Part shown: piece after piece, positions 48,048 through 60,000 of the stretch
Layout: each line of letters starts with the position of its first letter
Position numbering within the stretch: position 1 is the stretch's first letter
Assembly (NCBI GenBank): GCA_002633005.1
Contig: NMRA01000379.1
Coordinates: forward strand, 248,001-312,000
Origin: Phoronis australis
Taxonomy: Eukaryota; Animalia; Phoronida
Reading direction: 5' to 3'
Length of the DNA: 64,000 nucleotides
The notes under the pieces: model-generated
What the model was told of the DNA's origin: nothing
Database searches by the model: none
The model's input: the letters and a program-made list of their open reading frames with translations, nothing else
Program-made: the position numbers and the translations under genes

Positions 48048-51000
48048 TCATGTTTTCCTAGTTTTCAGCTTTCTTTTGGTGGTAATGTCCATGGCTGGCT
48101 GGTCGTCACTATCTCCATTCAGACTAACCTCTGTAGGGGTCCTATTTATGTGTTGTAAAAAGCTCACACTCTGCTGGGCCAATGGAATCACCTGAAATAT
48201 AAATGACGACATTGTTAACTCAAGGGCGAAACATTGTAAAATAACAGTAGATGTGGACAATCAGTAGCTTTGAAAACTACTGAATCTAGGTCACCAACGT
48301 CCAGTTGGAGGACAAGCAAAATTCCATTTGTCACCTATCACAAGGTAAGAAGTCTCACATTGTCATTTTCGTGTTCCGATACCATCATACAATAAGTCAA
48401 AGGCTTATGATCACTCACAGCAATGTTGAAAAAACGAAACCGGTCAATGTAGGAAATTGTTTTTGTGGTAGACTTATGATTCAGCAGATTAGCTCTGCTC
48501 TTGAAAATTGGTTTCAGTGTTCGAGAGTCTAGAGAAATAAATTTCAGCATGCAGCACGCCAATTTCTCCACTTTGAACACAGGCCAATTTAGGAGATGGC
48601 ATGCAGTTTTTAGAGAAACCAAAAATTGTCTGTCCGTTGGACATTGTGGTCAGGGGCCATGCTGATATCCTACTATCACCATTGTACAGTGGTTCAGAAA
48701 GTTGGTGCTTAGTTCAGCAATTTGATTGTTAGCTACACCTGCACTTGACTGTACATTTATAACTTCCTTACCAGCATCCACAGACCAGCAATGTTTGCAT
48801 GACGAGAAGGGATCATACACACACACACACCCANCCCCCACACACACACACAAACACAAATTAAAATTGAATACAATGTTATAAGACATTTTTTATTAGA
48901 TTCAGAGTCTCCACCCACAAGCCCAAACACTGCCTTCAGTCCTTGTTTGTGACCAATTATGGGTCTGAGACCATCACATGTCATTTGACAATAATCACAT
49001 GACAGACTTTGAGCAAACATAAATGCAGTGCGGTTGGTTAACTTAAAGTGTAGTCTTGGGTAAAATTTAAAGCCAGTGGTTACGTCCTGTAAATCAACAA
49101 AGCTAAATCTACACAGAAAATGTTCATCATTGTTAAAACTCAATCAAGAGATTTGTATTAGTAACACGCAGGTCCCCATGGAAAGCGACGAGAACTGATG
49201 GGACTACCCTCATTGTAAATATTACAACAATAAACAAATAAATATATAAATAAATGATGAAGAATGGTACAAAAATTAGTTTGATTTCTTAAGATCACAC
49301 CCTGTGTTTACCTTTTCTCTGTTGTACACGATTACAATCACCAGAAGGGCCAGAGGTAGAGCCAGGAAGGACCCCTGAGTCAGTTCACTATCCATTGTTT
49401 GGGGCTAGACAAAGAAAAATATGTCCTTGAAACTAGTATACAAAGACAGAGTTTGCAATACAAGCATTCCATATTTGTATCGATTAACACCCAGCCTTGC
49501 CTGAATGCCCATTCCTGAATCATATTGGGAATTCCAGTTTTAAGCGACCAAATTTGGTTGCATTTGTTTAATACCCTCTGCTTGATTTTTGTTTTTTCTG
49601 ATGAAAACGCTGCGAGTTTTAACCCAAGCAGATACACTTATAACGATGAACTGGTCTTATGATTGGCTGATGACCAAGCCATGACAATCATGCACTGGCA
49701 GTGAAGACATGTCCAAAATTTCAGTTGAAAATCATTTAAAGCCACATTATTATGTTAATTCTTCTCTAATTTAGCACACAATATGGCCGACAAGTGCATT
49801 TTGATTTATTACAACCAAGAATTGTAATGTCATGAAATAGCATTTGTTAAAATTACCACTTCAAAACCATAATCAGAATCAAAGAAATGACGTTTTGGCA
49901 ATTATTTTTGTGCAAAATCAATGAGGAGAATTACCAAGATTGTAAATTTTGATGATAAATTACAATGTATACTTGCATAAATTCAATAATTTGCATCATG
50001 AATGTCATCAAAAACAGATTAGGAAGCTGAAAACAATGAGTAACTCACTAATAAGGAAACAGAATATCAAGCAAGCTCCTTAACAGGTTTTACTTAGAAA
50101 ACGAAAAAATGCACAGCAGCATAGAACAACGGCACAAGAAACAAACCTTTGGATCGAAGTTAAAAACAAAATGCCTATGAGAAGTGTTGGCTGAAAACGT
50201 GATCTCTTGAGTATCAAAGTCATACTGGAGCTTGGAAAGTGATGCCTCAAGACGGACGAAGTAGTTCTGTTCGTCCATCTGTACGGAAGGCAAGTAGAAG
50301 AAATTGCTCAGCGTGAGTGAGACAGTGTGCATGGGGGAGTCAGGGTCACTCTCTCTGTACAGCTTTACCTGAAATGGTTATTAATACCTATGAACTCTAT
50401 AAAGGTATTAGATTAAATTAAAAATTATAGTTGGGCTATCATATGCACAAAGTCAGCCTATAGTGAAAGCAGAATTCTAGTTGGGCTATTACCGGATATG
50501 CACTAGCAAAGTCGGTCTATTGTGTAAAGCAGAATTCTAGTTGGGCTGTTATAGTAAATAAGTTTGAACGAGAATTTTATGCTAATATGTTTCTCAAAAA
50601 AGTTGATCTGCAGTTGTTATATAATCTTGACTTTGACGAAAATTGCATTTTGAATAAAAATATTACTCGCAATGAAGTAAAGCAGGTAGTGATGAAATCT
50701 AAAATTAATATAATAAAGCAGTAGGGATGTTATAAAGTATGTAACAAGAGCAATGCGGAGCGTGGAAATGCACCCACAAAAGCACTGCAAATGGTGTGCT
50801 TCTAGGGGTGTTTATATGGAACATCAAAATGACCACCAGATGACACAAAATACGTCGAATCCTTCTGAAAAGTGGTATGTGTCATCAAAGCTACTTATCA
50901 AATTTCATAAAAATCCATCCAGGCACTTCTGAGAAACCGAGGAAAATGAAAAAAAAAAGAAATTGCCACTAGGAGGCTATAGGTGCAGAAAAACATGGCT

Positions 51001-54000
51001 GCCACTAAGAGGCACCACAGTACGTGAAGTCATCGGAAAATCATCGTCAGACTTCCGCTTCACATTAGGAACATACATGCCAATTTCCACAACCATCCTT
51101 AGAGTAGTTTGGTTGACAGACGGGCAGACGCCAAATAACAAGACTCAAAAACAGTAAAAATGGCCACTAGGTAGCGCATTATACCAAAATTCAAACTGAA
51201 AACCGGAGGATAGCGTCAGCTCACTAATAGATGCCTATCTGCCAAATTTTATGAAAATCCGTTTACAACCTTGAAGACAGAGGTGAAATTAAAGGAACAA
51301 AATTGCCACTAGGGGGCACACCGGTAGTCCAATCCATCCGAAAGTTGCCATCGTTTGTTGTCAAGTTCACATAAATACACTTGCTCAACTTAGTAAAGAT
51401 CCTGCAGAGGGTTTAGGAGATACAGCCATGGGCGTAAAAAACTGCCACTAGGAGGCGCCACAGTAGTCGAAGTCGGAAAATCATCATCAGCCGCCCCAGG
51501 GCTCGACGCTATTAAAATCGCTAGGTCGCATTTTGCGACCTAGCCAAAATCCCAGGTCGCATTTTCAAAATCCAGCTCGCATTCGTAAATGCCAGGTCGC
51601 AAANATCCCCTCTTCAAAGTAAGAACATATATGCCAATTTTCAAAATCATCCCTAGAGTGGTTTGGTTGATAGAAGGGCGGATGCCAAAAAATAGACTCG
51701 AAAACAGTAAAAACGGCCACTAGTACCTCAAATCTGTCTGAAACAGGAGGATGGCATCATCTCATTAATAGATGCCTAATTGCCAAATTTTATGAAAATC
51801 CGTTGAGGACATCCAAAGATACAGAGGTAAGCGTAAAAAACTAAATTGCCAGTAAGGGCCCCCGGTAATCGGAGGTCCGAAATTTGTCGACATCCGTGGT
51901 CACCTTCATAGGAACAAATCTGCTGCACCTCATCAAGATCCTGTGAGGCGTTTAGGAAATACAGCTGGGGACGCCCGATGCTGGATGCCCACACAGAGAT
52001 GACGGGCGCATAAAAATGATGCCACTATTGACCTTGTGACTTCTTTGTTCTAAAGGGTTTTTCGTTACGGCACGATTCCAAGTTTATGGGCTAACTCCGC
52101 TATTATGGCAATTCCAAAGGGGTCAGAGAAGGACCAGCACGTCCCGCTGACTTATAGAGGTACCAGCTTGTTGTCCAACGTATACAAGTAGTGTAGTATA
52201 GTAGTGTATTGAACAATAGACTGGTTGATTACATTGAGGAAAACGGGCTCCTTGTTGATGAGCAAAATGGCTTCCTTCATGACAGAGCATGTGTTGATCA
52301 CTTCTTTGTTTTGACCTCAGTTATACGTAACCGCTTGAATAACAAACAATCCACATTTGAGACTTATACTGATATGCAAAAAAGTCAAATTTAGGAATTC
52401 CTATTGGTGCTGATATTTCAGCTTTGTTTTATGCGGATGATATAGTGGTACTTGCCGAGAGCGAAGAAAAACGGTAGAGGACCTTTGAAGATACAGAGGC
52501 AAATGTAAAAAACTAAAATTGCCACTAGGGGCACAGCGGTATTCAGGTCCGTTCGAAACTCTTCACCCTCTATTGTCAACCCCATAGGAACACACCTGCC
52601 AAATTTCAATAAGATCCTGCAAGGGGTTTAGGAGATACATCCGCGGACGCCGGACGCCCAGACAGAGATGACGGCAATATGCAACCACATATAAATATGC
52701 GGGCGCATAAAAATTACTTACCGTACTTACTATCGCTTAGTAATACTTACTTATAATGAATAAGCCAAGTCAACCTATTATGTACCAAACCAAAGTCTAG
52801 TTACGTTATTATAATACCCGACGTTCACAAGCCGCCAACTGTCCCACAATTCATTTACAAATGGCAACAACACGGCAGATAAAATCTACCGAACTCCACT
52901 GAGTATTTCAATTGAAGGTAGCAGACACACACAAACCTTGAGGTGAGGTATGAAGTTGTCTTTGGTCACAACGTGTCCACTCAGGTCCATCTGGTTCATG
53001 CGGCGGAAGGCGATCATGTTGACATTGGACAGGTCACTCCTTTCAACCTGATGGCAAATTGTCAACAGACAATAATAAGTATCTTGAATTTGAATAAAAA
53101 GATCGTTGTCATAACTACGATGGTCTTACCTTTGAGTTTTATTGACACATGGTTCACTGAAGAGTTAATTAAAAGTGGTTCATAAACATGATCATTAAGC
53201 TTGAATGTGGACTAGTTACAGTAACTTTAATTATTAGCAATAATAACATAAATTATAATATTACACTCTCAGATCTCAACATAAGAGAGAAAAAGCTAAA
53301 TAATATGAGTGGAAAAAGTAAAATACAAGTTGAAAATTGTGGGGTGAGCGGACGTTTGTGAAAATACGCGTAGTAAATATGGCCTCATTTTTATTTTCAA
53401 GTGGATATTTGCACCTGTGTCGAGAGCCGACCCTTAAAAAGTATGACACTGAGCTTGAATCCAAGTGTCTCTGACTCTAAGCAAGAACTAGGTATAAGGT
53501 CTTTGAACAAGCAGGCTCCACACCTGTTACCACAAATCAAAGTCTGAATTGTGCTTCAATTGAAGCAGTGGCAGATTTAGAAGGGGGCCAAGTGGGCCAT
53601 ACCCTCCCCCCTAAAATTCTCCCAGATTACATCTGGCAGTTTGAGGGTGCAAATGTCTGACGGGCAAAATCATGGCTACTCTGCCCTGGCCCCCCCAACT
53701 CAAAATCCTGGATCTGCCCCTGTGAATCACCACAATTTGCCATATGGTGCACCATATGGTGGCAGTGTGACCTTGTGGTGCAGCTGCAGCTTCTCAATCT
53801 AAGGATCGTGGGTTCCAACTCCACAAGACCACACTGTTGGACCTTTGAGTAAGGTACAGTGCAAGACAAATGTAATCAGACAAATTCCCATTTCCCTGCC
53901 ACGACAGCAAATTCAGTTAACAGCCAAATAGACTGGTAAAATTATCCTGTGTGCAATGCTGTAACTACAGAATGGCATAGCACGCATACTAACTTTCCTG

Positions 54001-57000
54001 TTCATTGGGTATCATGAGAGAACACCACTCTGATGAGTGTGGCGTCTGCCCAGACGTAATGACGGAGAATGCCATGTCATTTTAGTTTAGGTGTGCATCC
54101 TGCTCCATGACACATTTTGCATATATATCATCATAAGAGGAACATGATAATGGTTACAAGTTTGTAAGAAATTGCAAATTGACTTGACAATAATTCATGA
54201 AAGGACTGTGCTCACACCTAGAGGTGCTTAACACTTAAAGGAAAATTCAACTTCACAGATTCACAGTTCATTTGCATACTACGTATTGATTCACTCTAAA
54301 TTTTATGGAAATATATGCATTAATATCACGTGAATGAGGAGAAATATACTGCAGTGCAAAGTACGTGGCTTATGATATTTCCATTTTGTGAACCGTGACA
54401 CACTCTAAGGTAATAAGGTTATGAAACGCCCAGACAGAGATGACGGCAATGTGCACCCTCAAATAAATATTTGGGCGCATAAAAAACAATTGTTTTTTAA
54501 CCTGAGGCGGGATATCCAGTCAATGAACAAGGCCCTTAGAGAGAAAGAGAGAGTGAAAACGTCCGACTCACCAGACTTTTATGCTTTTAGTAAGTGATTT
54601 AGCCATTTAATAAAAATCACATCATAATTTTTTCAAATATTCTCTTAACTAATAAACAAAGAACATAGTCCCAATGAATAACAACAACAACAACAACAAG
54701 ACAACAGAAATGCAGACACACCCACCCACCTGAACATGTCTAGACTCTGGTGCCACTCTCTCAATATGCTTATTGATGGCGTCTCGCTTCAGTCGAACAT
54801 CATAGCTACACTTTGGCCGGAGGCCACGTATCCTGTAGGCGCCATCTTGTTCCGTCTTGCTCTCCTCTTGATACTGTCCACAGTCACCCAGACCAACAGC
54901 TTCCACCAACAAGCCAGGCTCTGGCTCACCATTCAATGAGGTAACATCACCATAGCAACTACACAAGAGTCCAAGACAGTGATAATTAGCTCAAGCTTCA
55001 AATCAAGTTAACTGCAGTGAACATTCCCGCTCCTTCAGTCGATAATGCAATCCTGTCTAACTAGGAATGCTACTTCAATGTCCCAAAGGCATAAAACCAA
55101 GGACTCATCAAAAGATTAATATATGTGCCGTCGCACACTTCAAACTGACATAAATCAAATTAGCGGCAGTGAACTTTCGTCCTGAAACNCATGAATGGAA
55201 CATATGTGCCAAATTTCATGAACGTATGTCGAAGGGTTTTGGAGATAGAGCAGCGGACGCCAGACGCCGGACGGACGGACGGACGGACAGAGATGACGGC
55301 ATAATGCGTCCACATATAAATATGTGGGCGCATAAAAATGAGGGGCTACACGACAAAAGACGAACCAAAACCACGTATTTCAGAAATGGCACCACATGGG
55401 ACTTTAACACATTTTACGTACAATGCCCATAAACTGGCACAACACATGGAATTTATCAGCAGGCTCCCCAGCAGAAGGACTTGAATTACTGATACCTGAA
55501 AGCAACTCGTAGGGCCTTAATGGTCACATCGATGGTGGCACCCTCCTTAACATTGATCATCTGTGAGGCAGGCTCGAAGTTGTACTCTTTCATCATGGGC
55601 CGAAGGAAATATTCCCCTGGAACCTGCGGACCGGCAGTTAACTCACAATAAGTCATGTACATGATTTTACACTAGTGTTGTAAGCTTGTGTACACAGAAG
55701 AAGAATCTTAAATTTTGTCAACACATACTTAAATTGAGGCATATTTCTGCCATTCACAAAACAATAAGACATGTGAAGGACACCAAGTCAGCCACTGTTG
55801 ACAGTGTGTATACATGCAAAGAGGTTCAACTCAAACAGAAATCGCCCAGACGGCTAGAGAACAGCTGACGAATGATCCGCTCTGATGGAGGGCTAGCTAC
55901 TCTATGCCGTCTACCCGATGCCACCTCATTGCCTCCCCCAATAGCAGTGATAAGTTCCTTGACTTGATTTGTGCACAAAAATAACTAACTTTTAGAGACC
56001 AAGGTCCAAAAATCCCAAATTTATGCCAGGTACTGGTGACCACATAGATTTTTCATTTGCCTCATGAATTACTGAAAGCAAAGTGTTCTAATCATAATAT
56101 CCTCCATCCATCCTTCCAACTACACAGCAGACACATGTTTCAAAGAACATCTAGCTAATGCACTTCACCTCAGCACTGTATGGTTTAAAATGACGTTATC
56201 AGCGACAATGTTATGTACAAGAGATGAGCCTCAAGATGGACTGACGCGGAGCTAAAAGTCAATGTGTCAAGTAGCTCAGTATTTTTAGTGTATTTAGCTG
56301 GTAGGGTCACACATGTTGACTTGAATTAATTCCATCATATAGCTGGAAGAATCTGTGATTTTTAATAAATAAAAGTAAAAACAGACTTTGCTGTAATTGT
56401 GATCAAAGCTAATAACTTCAAGATATCTATGCTACCCAACAGTAATTTCAAGAAATGTTTTTTGGCCCTAAAATCGATACCGTCCCTTTGAACACAAGTT
56501 GGTAAAAAATCAAAAGCCAACTTCCAACAAGTACTAACACCAGTTTTCAACATAAACTGTACAACATTGAAGCACAAAACCATAACTTCATGTCCAATTC
56601 CTTTCAACTAGAACACCCAAATTCTCAACTGGTTGGACTCAACACACTTACAATCATTAAAACTTGACATGCAACACCTTTTACTATTCATAACGAATAG
56701 CTTCACATAAAGTTCTGACTAAAATTTGACAAAAATGCCATTTTCTACAGATTTTTTTGGACAAAATCACTCAATAAGTCTGGCGAGAAGATCGTCCAAA
56801 TTTGTCAGTCTGACAGAAGTCTCGTTAATTTTGAAAACCACTTATTACAGTAGCTACAGGGTGGTGCAAAGTGATTGTTTCATATATCTGACACCATTAG
56901 AATAGAACAACATGGCCACTCACCAATCCAACAAATGACATTATGCCATCATCTCCGCTCAGTTTATTACTTCTGTACTGGTTACTTCCTGTCAGTGACA

Positions 57001-60000
57001 ACAAAGCTCCACCTAGCGGTTGATTGGACTCATCTACGACCTAAAGATCCAAACAATATGAGACATTTGTTGCACAACCACTTTCCAAAAGCAATCAGGT
57101 TTATGGTGATGGGTAAACTACAGTACAATCCAAAAGTATTCGGACAAACTGACAAGTAATTCCCTGTCATGTTGGCTGGGTGGAAGTCAAAATTCATCAC
57201 CAGGGAATGAAGGGGTATAATCAGGAAAGCTGATGCTATTCCATACTTTGAATTTTGCCACCCTAATAGTTTCAACCAGTCATTTTTGTTGTTAACAGAA
57301 TTGGTTGTCATGGCGGGAAAAAGTTATTTCGTTTGATTACATAATTTTATGTCTTGTACTGTAGCTGAATAGGGTTATGTGAGAAGAAGATACAAAGGAA
57401 GATAAAGAGCACAGTCTGTTATGGAAAAACATTCGCAAAGGGCTGATGTTTCACAATTGAAACAAGTAAAGGTATTTGCAAGGGATACACAGTCTGATAT
57501 TTTTGTATACATTGTCTTTTCCACTACCGTGCCACATTCCATGAATAAATTTTCATCTACTAGTTCCACGCAGTACGATTAATAAGTGTCTAAACGGAAT
57601 ATTTCATTGTTACTACAGAAATGTTCCAAGGAGTACTTCTGACCATCCAATATCTCCCTCATAAAAACGAAATAAAAGCCACAACCAACTGCTAAGAATA
57701 TCATTAAAACAGTCACAGAGCGCCATCTGTACGTTTGCTTGCAAATCCAAAACTTTCTTCAATGTTACACTAAGAATGATCGAAAAGTACCCCCTACTGG
57801 CACAGCACAATACAAAACTGAAAGATTAATAAAAACACCAAGTTATACAGCAAATCGATAACAAAAGCCACCTAATAACATAACAATAGTACTGTAAAAT
57901 TACACGACATGGCCTTATATTCGAGAAAAACAATATTTTGAAATTCTCCCAAATTCTGAAATACTGTGTTCACCACGCTGTTTGGTGTTACCCTTTCCTC
58001 ACACAGAATGGTTTTACTTTTAGCCTGTCCATATTTTGAAGATTTGAGCAGTAAACACAAGAAATAATTGGCCTTCAATCTGATGAAACAGTATAACCTT
58101 AAATTTGAATATAAAGACTGAACTTACATCTGAAGACATTGCACGACCCTTGTATTTGAATACAGCAACATGTATTCCCAGTAAATGCAATTACTTAGCT
58201 TTGAGAATATGGCCTTATATATGGATTGAACTTAACGTCAATAATGTGGCAGGAATTAACTGAACCAGATAAAGGTAAAAAATAGGGTAACAAGAAAACT
58301 TAAAATAACGTCTTTTCATGCAACTTTTTACAAATTTTCTGAAAATATTTCACAGAATCTTTTTCTGAAAGTGCTGTAACTCGTGAATAAAGCCAATAAT
58401 TCTCATGTGATGAATTTTTCCAAGATTCCAGAAGCAATTCAGCCAAAAATTCTGTGAAAACTAAAAATACATACTGCTCATGCCTGGTGGAATATTTCCG
58501 CAGTACTCAAGTTCATACCACTTACTTTTGCGTCAATGCCTGCCAGCTTGAAGGCATTAAAGCTGCCATACTGGTCTTTGACTGGGGTCAGTTCATAACC
58601 TTCCTTCTCAGCAGTTACGTCATAGTCTGTGTTACCATGGAGAGGACCCACCCTGAAGAATGGGAGAACTCAGGGCATTATGCAATGTATCTAAATCATT
58701 ACCTGGTGAAGAATTGTCTTTCAAAGTATTATGAAATAGGTAATGGAGCTGTGTCTAGTAGTAGCAAATTGGAGCTGTGTCTAATACAAGAGAAGCCATG
58801 GAGAACTTTTAAACGGAATAACAAGAAAATCATAGAATCGATTGTTTTTTTATTGCAAATGTTTAGTCCAAAATTTCCCCAAATTTCAATGAAAAGACTG
58901 AGGTTTTTGTCAACATACTTGAAGACTGTGGCAGAAAATGCTACTATAATCTTAAGTTAAAGTTTCTATTGTAAACTTTAAGGCAAGTGTGTAGCTATTA
59001 ACCTGATTTCTATAGTTTAATGCTATTGACTAAATAACTATACTTTGAAATATTTGTGACAGTTGAGATTGGTTCAGCACAGTAAAGCAGTTAGTCACAT
59101 CAACCACAGCTACACTACATATAGTTTCCATTCCAAACAGCAAAATGTTTGCCAAAATAAGGGTGCTCCATGTATATCATATTGAACAACAGTCAAGGTT
59201 TTCATGGAGCCTTCAAAATCATTAAGCTTCGAAAAATATTAATTATGCAAGACCCTTTGCTTATACTTTGAACATTGATAATTTTAAAAGAAATCTACGA
59301 ATTAGAGATAGCAAAGAGTATTTAGGCAACAGATGATGTGAACAGCTGCTACTAGAGTTCATGGTCAAACCCACTTATATTCGCCTTTGTCATCTGTCTC
59401 TACAGTAACAGGGGACAAAGGGTCATTCTGAGGTGTGATGGTGACCTTGACCCCACTAAGGGCAGGGTTCATCTTTCCTGTGATGAACACTCCTCTGCGA
59501 CCTTCAAATGTAGCCACGACACCAGGACATTGTTCTGCAATAGAAAATGATAAGGTGGGTTACATACTGCTCACAACTTCAAACGCATTAATGTTAAGAC
59601 AACAAATCCAGGGGATATGTCCACTCAATGGCTATACAGTGTTAGTACGGTCTCTTCTCGAGTTAAATACAGTTCAATTTATTCCGGCATTCATTTCTGG
59701 CCAAAATAATTCACAATACTGGATTGCATTCCTTGACAAAATCTTATCTACTTTCAAGAGGAGGCCTGAGGAAGCTATGCTTTACAGGTGTGAAGGGCTA
59801 CTGAATCTTGTAAATATACAAATGGCGGATTATTAAACTATCTACAGCTCAGGGCCCACACATACACACACATACTATAGGGCCACTCCTTGTAAAGGTT
59901 GATACTACATTGAGTGCAGGCAGCTAAACTAACAAGAGCTTCAACACTTCTCATTGCTGAGAGCCCAAGATCCCTTAAATAGACCTTGGCACTACAGGTT

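Larger units (their letters stand above)
50552..52472 (+). mobile_element. Non-LTR retrotransposon (LINE) reverse-transcriptase relic, split by a HINE insertion (segments ~50552-50742 and ~52014-52472)
   Basis: LNKNITRNEVKQVVMKSK..NKAVG before the insertion. After it: IPSLW..IPKG..D..VPLTYRGTSLLS, LNNRLVDYIEENGLLVDEQNGF..DRACVDH and ALFYADDIVVLAESEE (YADD at 52430-52441). Confidence 0.85.

Noticed and set aside
58454-59836. 168-aa and 133-aa ORFs on the + strand
   Set aside because: Antisense shadows of NOMO exons plus intron sequence.
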